A stretch of DNA of 64,000 nucleotides from Octopus vulgaris (Eukaryota): the NCBI GenBank assembly GCA_951406725.2, contig OX597816.1, positions 62,744,001-62,808,000 of the forward strand, written 5' to 3'. Under the pieces are notes generated by a model, which saw only the letters and a program-made list of their open reading frames with translations, was not told the DNA's origin and did no database searches. The position numbers and the translations under genes were made by a program. This document shows, in pieces, positions 14,046-26,469 of this stretch; position 1 is the stretch's first letter, and each line of letters starts with the position of its first letter.

Positions 14046-15138
14046 ATATAATAATAAGAGTAAATAATTTCTATAAAGATTTTAAAAAAAGACCACAATT
14101 ATTTACTGGTAGAATTCGGTATGTAAATATAGCCGATTACCGGCAGGAACTTCTGTAAAGTTCAGTATATATATTGTATATAAGAAAAAGGGACAGGCAA
14201 CAGGTTGCTTGACCGCATACCGAAAAAATAGAAATAGCAGTCAAGAATGCTTAATTCTATCAAAGTGGGACTCCGGGCACGACAAACCCTGTAATTCACA
14301 TCTGCAAAACAGAAGGAATAGATATCGAAAACGAAGTCTGGTGGTTATCTGTGAACATCATGTTTCTGGATTATAAACATATTGATTATATATTTCATTT
14401 CATATACATTGCATATATATTCTGTTTTGCATATGTGAATTACAGGGTTTGTCGTGCCCGGAGTCCCACTTTGATAGAAATAAGCATTCTTGACTGCTAT
14501 TTCTATTTTTTCGGTATGCGGTCAAGCAACCTGTTGCCTGTCCCTTTTTCTTATATACAATATATATACTGAACTTTACAGAAGTTCCTGCCGGTAATCG
14601 GCAATATTTACATACCGAATTCTACCAGTAAATAATTGTGGTTTTTTTAAAAACCTTTATAGAAATTATTTACTCTTATTATTATATTACTAATTGGATT
14701 TCTCACTCCCTTACGACAACCCAATAGTTCCTACTCCTATGGAACTATTTTGTAGTGCGCATGGCAAAATTTTGGAGGGAAGATTTACGAATTCAAACGT
14801 CTATGTAGGTTTAACTTTTGCTCACTTTCTTCAAATATTTTGATGTCGCATGGTCAGAAGGTTTGAGGTACGTAGCATTTGATAAATCTATGATAAATCT
14901 ATTTCAATGGAAAGCTGTGCTGAAGAAGGATGTGAAATATATATGCAATGTATATGAAATATATATCAAAAATATATATGAAATATATATTCAATATGTT
15001 TATAATCCAGAAACATGATGTTCACAGATAACCACCAGACTTCGTTTTCGATATCTATTCCTTCTGTTTTGCATATGTGAATTACAGGGTTTGTCGTGCC
15101 CGGAGTCCCACTTTGATAGAAATAAGCATTCTTGACTG

Positions 15139-15142
<4 letters not shown>
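14041..15142. mobile_element. Hammerhead-bearing PLE-like/retrozyme element with divergent inverted duplication
   Basis: 14041-14314 is the reverse complement of 14420-14692. 14315-14420 is the reverse complement of about 14936-15061 with a deletion. 14420-14500 is directly repeated at 15062-15142 (period 642). (TA)n on both flanks; no credible ORF. Confidence 0.8.
14915..15027 (+). ncRNA. Type I hammerhead ribozyme motif with long helix II insert
   Basis: ctgtg-CTGAAGA-A-ggat...(73 nt AT-rich)...atcc-A-GAAAC-atgat-GTT-cacag: helix I ctgtg/cacag, helix II ggat/atcc, GUU triplet. Confidence 0.7.
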
Positions 15143-15196
<54 letters not shown>

Positions 15197-15466
15197 GCAT
15201 ACATACATGCATACATACATACATACATACATACATACGTACATACATATATACATATACATATGGAAGGGTAAGGTGGGGATGTGCGGAGAGAGAGTAA
15301 GAGAGAAGAGAGAAGAGAGAAGAGAGAAAGGGGAAGAGTGAAAGAGAGCAACAGAGAAGAGAAAAAGAGAGTAGGGGTGAAGAGCAGTAGGAGTGAAGAG
15401 AAGTAGGAGTCGGGACAAGAGAGGAGAGTTGGGTGGGAGGAAGTAGGAGGGGGCAAGAGGAGGAGG

Positions 15467-15604
15467 TTAGATGAAGAGGGGAGGAGAGTTGATCCCAAAT
15501 GGCGTAAAGAAGCGAAGAGAGAAGATTAATCCCTGTTCACGGCGCAAACGGGAGTCAAGATGGCCTCTGTGCAAGGACAATCCGAAAACGGACAGGTGTT
15601 GCAA
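15467..15604 (-). pseudogene. Penelope-like element GIY-YIG endonuclease C-terminal fragment
   Basis: Manual translation gives LQHLSVFGLSLHRGHLDSRLRREQGLIFSLRFFTPFGINSPPLFI*, matching the RxxRE...I..L....P.G.N tail of PLE GIY-YIG domains. Followed on the same strand by a pyrimidine-rich tract. Confidence 0.7.
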
Positions 15605-15794
15605 AGGTTTTGGTCGGCCCGAGGCTGCAGTGGAGGACACTTGCGCAAGGAGCCAGCAGTGGGAGTATAACCGGATCTATGTGGTTGGGAAGGAAGCTTC
15701 TTACCATACAGCCACACACACACACATACACATGCACACACACATACAATCAAACACGCATACACATACAAACACACACACACATATATATATG

Positions 15795-15854
<60 letters not shown>

Positions 15855-16000
15855 CACACATACCTTTCGTCGAGACCAACTTCACTCATAAGGCATTGGT
15901 CAACCTGAGGCCCTAGTAGAAGACACTTGTCCAGGGTACCATGCAGTGGGACTGAACGCGATGCCGCATTGTTGTAAATTTCTTAACTACACAGCCACAC
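15604..16000 (-). mobile_element. Two SINE family A 5'-half fragments
   Basis: tggtcggcccgagg...gacacttg...cttcttaccatacagccac, and tagtagaagacacttgtcc...cagtgggactgaac. Confidence 0.65.
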
Positions 16001-16877
16001 TGCACGCCCTCTTTCTCTCTTTCTTTTTGTTTCTCTCTCTCACTCTCTTTCTGTGTGTGTGTATATATATATATGTATGTACGCATGTATGACGTATATA
16101 TTGAGTGAAAGAGAGAGAGAGAGAGATTAATAGATACATGCATACACCTCACACACGCATGTACATATGTGCACACATACACACACACACACACACATAC
16201 ACAATACACAAAATACACAAACCTTCTACAACATTATTACTACAACACAGATGTTTCCAAATATTTTAAGAGCAAAGTGTTAGCGTCTTGGATCGTAGTT
16301 CTTGATTTCGTGTTTGTACTCTGTGACAGGAATTAGGAATTTTCATTAATCGTGGCTTTTAAGCCATTTTTGCCGGAACACGTTGCGAATGCAACATATT
16401 ATAAGATAGAATTAAGCTTTGACAGCTTGTCACAGATCTCGGTGAGTTTCACCTGTATTGTGTCAATTAGATAGGAAGGTCGGGAGAACAGGATGAAGAT
16501 GATTGAAAGAAAATCTTGCTTTTCCAAGAGTAAACCATCATATTCTATACATTTAGTAAAAGATTTCCAGAAAATAAAAGCAGTGATATAGCAGATATAG
16601 TAGAAGGCAGAATCAGAGAAACGACGAAACGGTACTGACTAAATTGTTCTTACAAAATTCTGTCTAATATTTTAGCTGTATCACGCAACATTCTTAGTTC
16701 GAATCACACTGACTTGGGAAGGAAGCTTCTTACCACACAGCCACACACACATACACACACATACATACAATCACACACGCATACACATACAAACACAAGT
16801 GTATATATATATATATATATATACGAGCAAAACGCCCCCCGCCCAATGGACGGTGCTGAGTTGTCAAACATTTAAAC

Positions 16878-16937
16878 CAAAGTTTCTCAAAACAACGTGT
16901 CCGACCGTCCCATAGGCCTCCCCTTTGAGAAACACTG
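16878..16937. mobile_element. Tiny hAT-type MITE
   Basis: TIRs caaagtttctcaaa / tttgagaaacactg. 8-bp TSD atttaaac / atttaacc. Confidence 0.55.
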
Positions 16938-17296
16938 ATTTAACCTAAATTTGAGACACCAGCAAAAGAAGAAATAAAGATAGACTTTATTTCAATTCTA
17001 AAGGAAAACGATTTTATTCACACAAATAGGCAATCGAAGAGTTTAAAGTACCAGTAATGATAAGGCTGTTGACTGGGAGAACACAAACATGGTTTAAACA
17101 GTAAGCTTGGCAGGAAAGAAATGTGCCTTTAAGCAGTACAAAAACAACAAAAAATGGAAGGTGCAGGCAGTTATGTACAGGTTGACGGAAGAAAAGCAGG
17201 ACAAAAACGGCTTTGTCGATCGCATTCTCATCTGGAATCGATTTTTATAATATTTTCAAGACTTAAACACGCCCCGATACCGCCGGTATCTACATA

Positions 17297-17374
<78 letters not shown>

Positions 17375-18057
17375 CATACATACACACACACCTTTCGTCG
17401 ACTAACTTCACTCATAAGGCATTGGTCATCACTTTTAGCTCCATAATTTTCTTTTTAAATTTTGCACAAGGCCAGTAATTTTCAAGGGAGAGGCACTAGT
17501 CCACCACATAATCTCTAGTACTCAACTGGTACTTATCGCTAGAATGTTGCCCTGCGCAATAACGACTCTGTCATCTCACCATCTTTGTAAAGTCTATAAT
17601 ATTTTGTCTTCTACTAGAAGTACAGGACCTGAAAATATGGGAGAGGCGGTCAGACGATTACATCAGCACCAGTGCTCCATTGCTGCTTATTTTATCGTTC
17701 CCACATAGATGAAAGGCAAAGTCGACCTCAGCTGTTCGGCGCAGTAATGATTCTGCTCGCTCGCGACCTTTTCAAGGTATATTAGTGGTATAACTCTTGT
17801 TGCTGTTCAAGATGATGCTGATGATGATGGGGGTGATTGGTGGTTGGTAAGGCTGATATTTTCTTTGCATCCCGAGTTATTCACGAGTACCACCATCCGA
17901 ACAAGAATACATCAACGCAGTTGCTCAACACACTAGAAATAACAGCCTAAATTTCCGTGAAATGAAATCCTGTAATCGATGTGATCGACTTACTGCTTCT
18001 CAAATTTCAAGCCGTGTGTCTATAGTAGAAAGGATTATTATTATTATTATTATTATT

Positions 18058-18607
18058 GAGTGAGAGAGCAGTGCATGCCATCAAAGTGACACTGGGGTAA
18101 AATATACGAAGCCCAATATACCCATCATGACTACCCGTCTGATAAGGGTACACCAGGCACATGCATCACAACCATATGTGCGCGACACGGTGATCTCATA
18201 TCAAGATAAACAGCACATGACCTTACAGGTGGGGCCCAGTTAGAATTTTCTTCAGGTTGAGTAGCCCATCCCGCTCAAAAGGTCCCTGAATAAGGGTTGT
18301 TTAAGGATGTTGAAAGAACCACCCATGTTTCCAGAGGTGAATTATTCAAACCCCAAAGAATCCCTCTCAACACATGGCTATGATGCTCCCCCACTACTTC
18401 TGCTCGTGATCAGAGATGCACATATCGTCAGCCACTAAGGGACATGCTCAACTGGTTAAGGTCAAACAACTCACAAGCAAATCTGTGGTATTGAGCAGAA
18501 TATTTACTGTAGTCCATCTTTTATACCAAGACAAAACAATGTACATGATAACACTTCCAATCAGTTAAGATCAGAAGCCATGAGAGCCACTGCCTGGTAC
18601 TGCATCA
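18058..18607 (-). mobile_element. About 550-bp non-coding repeat (family E) embedded in (ATT)n
   Basis: Reverse-complement match to 27382-27867 and 32098-32323. Each copy abuts (AAT)n. Confidence 0.8.
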
Positions 18608-18641
<34 letters not shown>

Positions 18642-18666
18642 TTTATTATCATCATCATCATCATCA

Positions 18667-18746
<80 letters not shown>

Positions 18747-18909
18747 TAACTTTTCAGAGTTCTCCGTCTTACTTTGTTTGATTCTGTGAGAGCAGACAGC
18801 AACCTGTTGTCAGAGATCACACAGGGTCTCCTTCTACAAATTATAAGCTTTGGTACCTAGATGCTTACTTATCGTGGAAGACACTCAACACCCAAGCACC
18901 AAACTCAAA

Positions 18910-18972
<63 letters not shown>

Positions 18973-19661
18973 ATTGCCGTTATTGTTATTCAACATGAAA
19001 TTAAGTCTACGTAAATTAGAGATAATGTGTCGCTCCTACGATCCATTGTTGCCTGTAAAACTACAATACTCGGCCTCTACTAGCTAAAGTAATCTCCTTT
19101 GTTATGTATTTCCGAGCTAGACAGACTGCGACAAGTAAGATAAAAAGAAAATAAAATTGCTTTAGGCTACAAAGATTGTTCTGTTATCAATAGAAAGTAA
19201 CAACATATGAACAAAATGAGCACAACATATCCACGCGTCAATAATGATTCGACGAAGATTCATTAGAGAATAATTATCTAAAAGAATTACATTAAGCTGA
19301 ACTCATTAACGAACCTTACACGTTACTAAAGAAACTGAATCGAACATTCTTTCTCTCGGTATTTTGTTATTTAATTTTCTTGATGTTAAATTAGAATGTC
19401 TTTACAGAGAAGAAGAACTAAGGCATAACGTAGATCACAACCAAAGAATAATAATGACAGCAAAACTTTCCCGTCATTCCTCAAAACAAATAATATTTCA
19501 AAAACCAGATATTTAAAGATATCAAAGGAATTTGTTCTGAATTCTAAAAAGAATATATCTAAATCTATCTAACAAACAAACATACACACGCACATACACA
19601 TTCTTTTAGAAAATATAGACGGGTAGAGAATATATATATATATGCACGGATATATGTATGT

Positions 19662-19771
<110 letters not shown>

Positions 19772-19779
19772 GATAGATA

Positions 19780-19880
<101 letters not shown>

Positions 19881-20767
19881 AAATATAAGAGAGCCAACTT
19901 TGAATATGTTAACTCTAGTGCTAGATATATATACCCGTATGCACATATATATATATATATATATATCTATATATACCTGGATACATACAGACACACATAC
20001 TCATATGTATCTATATATGATACTTCGTAAATATTAAAGCAAAAGTAATATTGCTGTATTTATGTGTATATTAATGTGATATGTAATGTCGAAAAAAAAT
20101 CGATCATCCGTATAGCCATAGAATATAAGATTTAAAAATTAAATAAATAAATAATAAATAACAAGTAGAAAAGCCTGATACAAATAAATTTTCCTTTTAT
20201 CTATTGAAATTCTGCGTCGATAATATAAAACTGTCATATGAATTTAGTGCACCAATATTTCGCTGTAGATCAAAAGTAGTACAGAATACTAAAGTAGGAA
20301 ATGTATCTGTATGCCAAAAGACAACAATATGTTGACAGCATAATGCTTTCATTTATTATATTAAATAGATATATTATCAATCTTAAGAGATTTATACCCC
20401 CAAGTTCTCGGCCATACAGCGCCGTATGAATAAAAGAAATGTGGGTTCTTGAAACATTGGCCATCATAAGTAATATGCAGAGAAACTGCAGCTTCATAGC
20501 TAAGACTGTGTCAGTTTATACATTGGGACACTTTATATGCTAGATATAGATACAAATTTTCCCTCATATTAAGCCATATTGTCTTCAGAACATTGTTTAG
20601 TGTAATGCTAAATACTCTATGGACTAGAGAAGGATATGAGTGTACATGGTTAGAACGCATTTGATTATAGTCTGTTCAGTCAAGTGTGTTCTGATCTAGG
20701 GTTAAATAATAATAAAAGCACAATTGGTGTACACATATGAAGTAGTTTTAAGATGCAATAACCATCT

Positions 20768-21074
20768 TTTTTTTTTCCTTTTTTTTCGCCCTTTTCAAGC
20801 CTAGCCAGGTTCATGTTCCCAGTTTCCCGGTTTCAATGGTGTATGTGCCCCCCCCCCAGCTGGACGGGACGCCAGTCCATCGCAGGGTTACTCAAGATAC
20901 AGGAAGACAGAGTGAGAGAAAGTTGGGGCGAAAGAGTACAACAGGGTTCGCCACCACCCCCTGCCAGAGCCTCGTGGAGCTTTTAGGTGTTTTTGCTCAA
21001 TAAACACACACAACACCCGGTCTGGGAATCGAAACCGCGATCCGCTGCCCTAACCACTGGGCCATTGCGCCTCC
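20768..21074 (-). mobile_element. tRNA-derived SINE family D with A-rich tail
   Basis: Minus-strand head ggaggcgcaatggcccagtggttagggc...gtttcgattccc. Central ccctgcgatggactggcgtcccgtccag resembles a V-SINE-type domain (from memory). TSD aataaccatct at 20757-20767 and 21075-21085. Confidence 0.85.
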
Positions 21075-21649
21075 AATAACCATCTACGTATCATATTTCA
21101 CTTTATAGACAAGCAAAATCATCTGATATACAATCGGTTATAGGCGTACTGTTTCTGAAACTCTACGATGTCTATCATAGCGTGACAGAAAAATTCATCC
21201 CTGTAGCGGCTAGTGATAATGCCAGATGCATTACGGCCTTCTTGGGACTTGTTAATGACGTATACATGCAACTATGTGCTTAAATGAAATCTGTCGCCTC
21301 ATATAGTAAACATATCATTCACTGCATTCAAAGCATTCACTGATTCTGTGAATAGCTGCCGGGCTACATAAAACATCCGGTATGCGACAACTATGTGTGT
21401 ATCATACTAAACGTATACACACAGCTGACAGGCAAATATTGCCCGTCTATAGATTTTTATTTCAAATGAAAATTGCAATACCTTATCTGTCAAAGCTGTT
21501 TATATGTTAAATATGATATACGAATGGCTATTTTAAAATCACTGCTGATTTTATACGTGATTAATTAAATTCAAATGTAACAAAGGAGATTTGCAAGAAA
21601 TCAGCCGCTCTTATGTCCTTCTTGTTTTACCAAAAGTTTAGGCTAGATT

Positions 21650-21800
21650 ACTCTTTACTCTTTTACTCTATTACTTGTTTCAGTCATTTGACTGCGGCCA
21701 TGCTGGAGCACCGCCATTAGTCGAGCAAATCGACCCAGGACTTATTCTTTGTAAGCCTAGTACTTATTTTATCGGTAACTTTTACCAAACCACTAAGTTA
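21650..21800 (-). mobile_element. SINE family A, 3' part
   Basis: tacttgtttcagtcatttgactgcggccatgctggagcaccgcc...cttattctttgtaagcctagtac. Confidence 0.8.
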
Positions 21801-23054
21801 TCAATAATCATCTGAAAACTCAACCACATACACACATATTCTCATACAGACATATATAGATGTAGACACGCATGCCCACATATTTCTTTATGTGCATCAT
21901 CACTAGAAAAGAAGTACACATGGTAACATGTACTAAGCGTTTCCTAATAGTATTTAATGCCTTTTTAGTCGCAAGCTGATGTATACACCATCTCAGCTCA
22001 TTCATCTCTTACTCAACGTAGCATCCTGGATGTCACCGCCAACTAGAGTGTGTTGGGTAACACCAACGATCTGCTTGTATTAATTTCAGCTGTGTTGTCC
22101 AGAACAACGAAAAGTGAAATGCTCTACTCAAAGACATTATGCAGCCTGGATTAGGAATTGAACCCAGGACATTATTATCGAGAGACTAACTCAGTAATCA
22201 CTAGGCTAGAGCTCACAGAACATAACAGTAACTCCACACATGCAAGGATAATTCACAACCTTAGAATCAAGATCGTATCTACGTGTTTTTAACTTTAGAA
22301 ATTGAAAGATGCTAAACTTAGCAATATTTCTATAATCAACAACATCTTTGAAACTGCAATCCCATATTCCATCAGATCAAATACAGCAAAGTGATGCTAT
22401 ATAATTTGCAGGAAAATATGACATCATGATTCATCGCTTTAAGATAACCAAGAAAACAAAATTGTTGACTCTGTCCAAGCATAAAAATAAATTTCTCTTT
22501 CACCACCATAGCGACATATCATTTGCCAACTAAACATGGAAGAGTTGGCGTTATCATGTAAGGAACAGATCAGAGCTAATTTCTGTTGCATATCGCTTAA
22601 ATAGCCAGAAAATACTGTCAAATAGCTGAAAAGGGGTCAATTACCCATCTATTCCAATGCAGGATTTGTTATATAAAGACCAGCGTTTCTTCAAAAACAT
22701 ATCACGCCATGCCATACAATCATTGTATCACCAACTTGGTACAGAACTCTCGGAATGGAATCCCTAAAATGCATTGTTCAAATCTGCGATATTAATCCAT
22801 TAAGAAACATAAGGGAACATCTTCTTAGAAGGTTGCGAGTAAGGTCGTCGGAAATTACATGAATTTTAGAGAGCGGATTAATACGGAGCAAAGAAAGGAT
22901 TAACATGTATCAGTCTGCCATTGATAATTTACATAAATCTAGAACTAATCTAGAACTAGAGCTAATATAATCGAGAACCGTTATATTAGCTTATATAATA
23001 CTGTGACAAATTTGTCATGAAGTTATGACAAATTATATAAACGTTAGTTAAATC

Positions 23055-23370
23055 GCATTGCTCAGTGGCTAGAGCGTCGGGCTCACAATCATGAGGTAGT
23101 GAGTTCGGATCTCGGACCAGGCTGTGTTGTGCTCTTGAGCAAGACACTACCTTTCATGTTGCTCCAGTTCACTCAGCTGTAGAAATTAGTTGCGACGTCA
23201 TTGGTGCCAAGATGTATCGGCCCCTTTGCCTTTCCCTTGGATAACACTGGTGGTGTGGAGAGGGGAGGCTGGTATGGATGGGCAACTGCTGGTCTTCCAT
23301 AATGCAACCTTGCACGGACTTATGCCTCTAGGCGCAATCTCATACTTATATGGTGGTCTTTACCCTTTTG
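23055..23370 (+). mobile_element. tRNA-derived SINE family C
   Basis: gctcagtggctagagcgtcgggctcacaatc...gagttcg head; cttgagcaagacact core. Homologous to 24935-25252 and 26470-26736. Confidence 0.8.
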
Positions 23371-23673
23371 AATATATTTATATATACATACATACACACA
23401 CACATATCTATCTATATAGATATACATATATATACATATATATGCACACACACACACACATGTATATATATACACACATATATATATACATATATATACA
23501 TATATATATGTATATATATATATATAAAATAAATATAAGAGAGTGGTCACTATATGGCTCACTCTAGCATTAGTTAATCCAAAAGGTTTCAACCACAAAA
23601 ATACATGTTTCCCATGAAAGTCAGTACGATTGTTAGCTCACACGGACAGGGCAAATAAAAAATAACAAAAATA

Positions 23674-23769
23674 CAGATTATTTTGGGACAATTGTTTCGC
23701 TATTAATGAATTAAATGTAATTTTACTTACAAAAAAATCCACTTGTAGCTCGTCAGCCAAAACTATCTG
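23674..23769 (-). ncRNA. Type I hammerhead ribozyme (inverted copy)
   Basis: Exact reverse complement of 24085-24180. Confidence 0.8.
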
Positions 23770-24084
23770 GATGAAATCCACTCAATCACACGCCAGATTT
23801 TACCATAACGATAAATACACGTGTGGTTCAATTGATTACATCCGACGTTATAATTCAAATGCCCCAACTAACAGCGCGCCAAACTTTCACGGAAAACAAA
23901 TACTGCATTTAGAAATAAATGCAGCATAATTATAATTAATTAATAAGGGTGAGAGAATTAGATACTAATTTAATAGTATATCTATTCAACACCAAGTGAA
24001 TTATAACGTCGGATGTAATCAATTGAACCACACGTGTATTTATCGTTATGGTAAAATCTGGCGTGTGATTGAGTGGATTTCATC

Positions 24085-24180
24085 CAGATAGTTTTGGCTG
24101 ACGAGCTACAAGTGGATTTTTTTGTAAGTAAAATTACATTTAATTCATTAATAGCGAAACAATTGTCCCAAAATAATCTG
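24085..24180 (+). ncRNA. Type I hammerhead ribozyme with intact core
   Basis: cagatagttttgg-CTGACGA-gcta...tagc-GAAAC-aatt-GTC-ccaaaataatctg: extended helix I, helix II gcta/tagc, palindromic helix III ACAATTGT, GUC triplet (predicted cut after 24167). Confidence 0.85.
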
Positions 24181-24449
24181 TATTTTTGTTATTTTTTATT
24201 TGCCCTGTCCGTGTGAGCTAACAATCGTACTGACTTTCATGGGAAACATGTATTTTTGTGGTTGAAACCTTTTGGATTAACTAGTGCTAGAGTGAGCCAT
24301 ATAGTGACCACTATCTTATATTTATTTTGTAAAAATATTATAATATATTATAAAATATTATAATAATCCAGGTTTCTCGGAGCACTAGGCCACTTGGTGT
24401 TGAATAGATATACTATTAAATTAGTATCTAATTCTCTCACCCTTATTAA

Positions 24450-24501
<52 letters not shown>

Positions 24502-24503
<2 letters not shown>

Positions 24504-24625
24504 CCTGCTCGCTTAGCCATCGGGGTGGCGTCATTTGAAGGCTAAAACAATGTGAAGCGCATTGTGACCAGCGATGTGTAGCAACATCTGATAGCCTGGT
24601 CGGTCACGGTCACGGTCACGGTGAT
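24502..24625 (+). mobile_element. 3' end of a retroposon with a (GGTCAC)n tail
   Basis: Short unique segment ending ggtcacggtcacggtcacggtga, between (TA)n tracts. Confidence 0.4.
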
Positions 24626-24635
24626 ATACACACGC

Positions 24636-24693
<58 letters not shown>

Positions 24694-24796
24694 TAATAGT
24701 AATGGTATAACAACAAAAGAAAGAACGAGATCTCGATATTATGTAAATAGAGGAATTTTAATGTCATATAATATGTGACAATTATTCGGTTGCCAT

Positions 24797-24858
24797 AATA
24801 AAACTCCGAGTTTCGGCTGTCGGAGGGGGAAATCTGTTCTGTCATCTCTTCAGTTATT
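24797..24858 (-). ncRNA. Type I hammerhead-like motif (helix II degenerate) in a short element between (TA)n tracts (about 24692-24872)
   Basis: Minus strand reads aataa-CTGAAGA-gatgac...cagcc-GAAAC-tcgga-GTT-ttatt; helix I aataa/ttatt. Confidence 0.6.
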
Positions 24859-24869
24859 AAGATAATCAA

Positions 24870-24934
<65 letters not shown>

Positions 24935-24937
<3 letters not shown>

Positions 24938-25252
24938 CACAATCATGAGTAGTGAGTTCAATTCCGGGACAGATCCGTGTGTTGTGTTCAACACTTTATT
25001 TCAAGACACTTTATTTCAAGTTGCTCCAGTTCACACATCTGTAGAAATGAGTTGCGACGTCACTGGTGTCAAGCTGTATCGGCCTTTAACTTACCCCCGG
25101 ATAACATCGGTGACGTAAGAGAGTAGGTGAGACTAGTATGCACGGTCGACTGCTAGTCTTCCATAAACAACCTCGCCCGGAGCTGCGACTCGGAGGGTAA
25201 ATTCCTACGTGCAATCCTATGATCATTCATGACCAAATGGTGTCTTTTATCC
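24935..25252 (+). mobile_element. SINE family C
   Basis: Homologous to 23055-23370. Confidence 0.75.
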
Positions 25253-25276
25253 TAAATTAACGTTGCTTTTCAATAC

Positions 25277-25352
25277 CTCGGCTATCCATATAGTTATACA
25301 TGTTTATGCAGGCTATATAAGGGCTTGCGTTTTGGCCATGTAGCGACGCCAT
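25277..25352 (-). CDS. Putative first coding exon of an unidentified gene
   Basis: aagATGGCG start inside the YY1-type motif; MASLHGQNASPYIACINMYNYMDSR followed by a donor-like GAG|gtattg. No downstream exons identified. Confidence 0.25.
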
Positions 25353-25560
25353 CTTGGAAATATCCAGCACGCATGCGCAGAGTTGGATTCTTCCGGAAGG
25401 CCTGCCGGAAGTTCGCTCATGCGCAGAAAACTAGCATCAGCGAAATTCCCTCGTATCGTTTTCTCGACCGCCGGCAGCTGAACAAGACAGTGGCGTTTTA
25501 TCAGCTCTCTCAAGCTGATACGGCGTGGCGTAACTCCGCTATGCTTGAACGGACAGGATT
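25340..25560. promoter_or_regulatory. CpG-rich promoter-like island (YY1, NRF1 and ETS-type motifs)
   Basis: cgccatcttg 25347-25356 (YY1-type, minus strand), cgcatgcgca 25370-25379 and catgcgca 25418-25425 (NRF1-type), cttccggaag 25390-25399 and ccggaagt 25405-25412 (ETS-type). Locally high CpG in an AT-rich window. Confidence 0.6.
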
Positions 25561-26331
25561 CGGCTCAATCCACTTGACTAATGCGATAAGCTCCAAGGCA
25601 GCCGATTCAACCAGAAAGAAGAATATATATATTGCGAATCAAGAAAGAAATATTTATACCTTTGAAGTTAATCGGAAGTCTTGACTCTTTCCTTCGATTA
25701 ATATTTAATGTAAAGGATGCGAGCTGCACCCATCCAGTGCGGGGACCTCTCATCCTGTTACTGCTGTTTATACACACAAATGTTTTTAGATATGCTGTGT
25801 GTTTTAGATCGTCAGTATAAAGGAAAATGTTGGCAGTTATCAAAGTAACCCTAATATGCAAATAAGGTGGCAATCTACATGTCATTTCTTTTTGTGTAGT
25901 TATGAGCAGTAAATTCCCGCCAGATCAAGGTTAAATGGGAATTGACAACAGCTAACGAGAAACTCTTTATTCATGCTTCGTTTTTCTGCCGAGAACTTGA
26001 TGGATATGCCAACTATTAATTCCACAGAAATGCTATAATTTGGCAGAATATAAATACGCTTCAGAATATTAGATATCTTCAAAAATAGTAATGCAGAGAT
26101 CTCTTTCTTTTCTTTGGCCTTATATTTAAATTGTGCCTGTCATTGATGGCGGACATGCTGGGAGACAGCCTAGATGGGTTTACTTGAACAAATCGACCCC
26201 AAATACTTCATGTTTTAAGCCTGATTCTCATTTTATCGCTCTATCTTGCCGAACAGCTATGTTGGACAGGCACGTTAGCAAATCAAAATTAGATGCCAAG
26301 CGGTGATGGTGGACAAAAACAATGACTACAC

Positions 26332-26462
<131 letters not shown>

Positions 26463-26469
26463 GTGTGTG

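Larger units (their letters stand above)
23526..24458. mobile_element. Hammerhead-bearing PLE-like/retrozyme element with a near-perfect 332-bp divergent inverted repeat
   Basis: 23526-23857 is the reverse complement of 23997-24328 (few mismatches). A second pair is 23931-23998 / 24391-24458. (TA)n on both flanks; no ORF. Confidence 0.85.

Noticed and set aside
20270-20520. Possible downstream exon of the putative 25352 (-) gene
   Set aside because: Weak splice signals and no recognisable homology.
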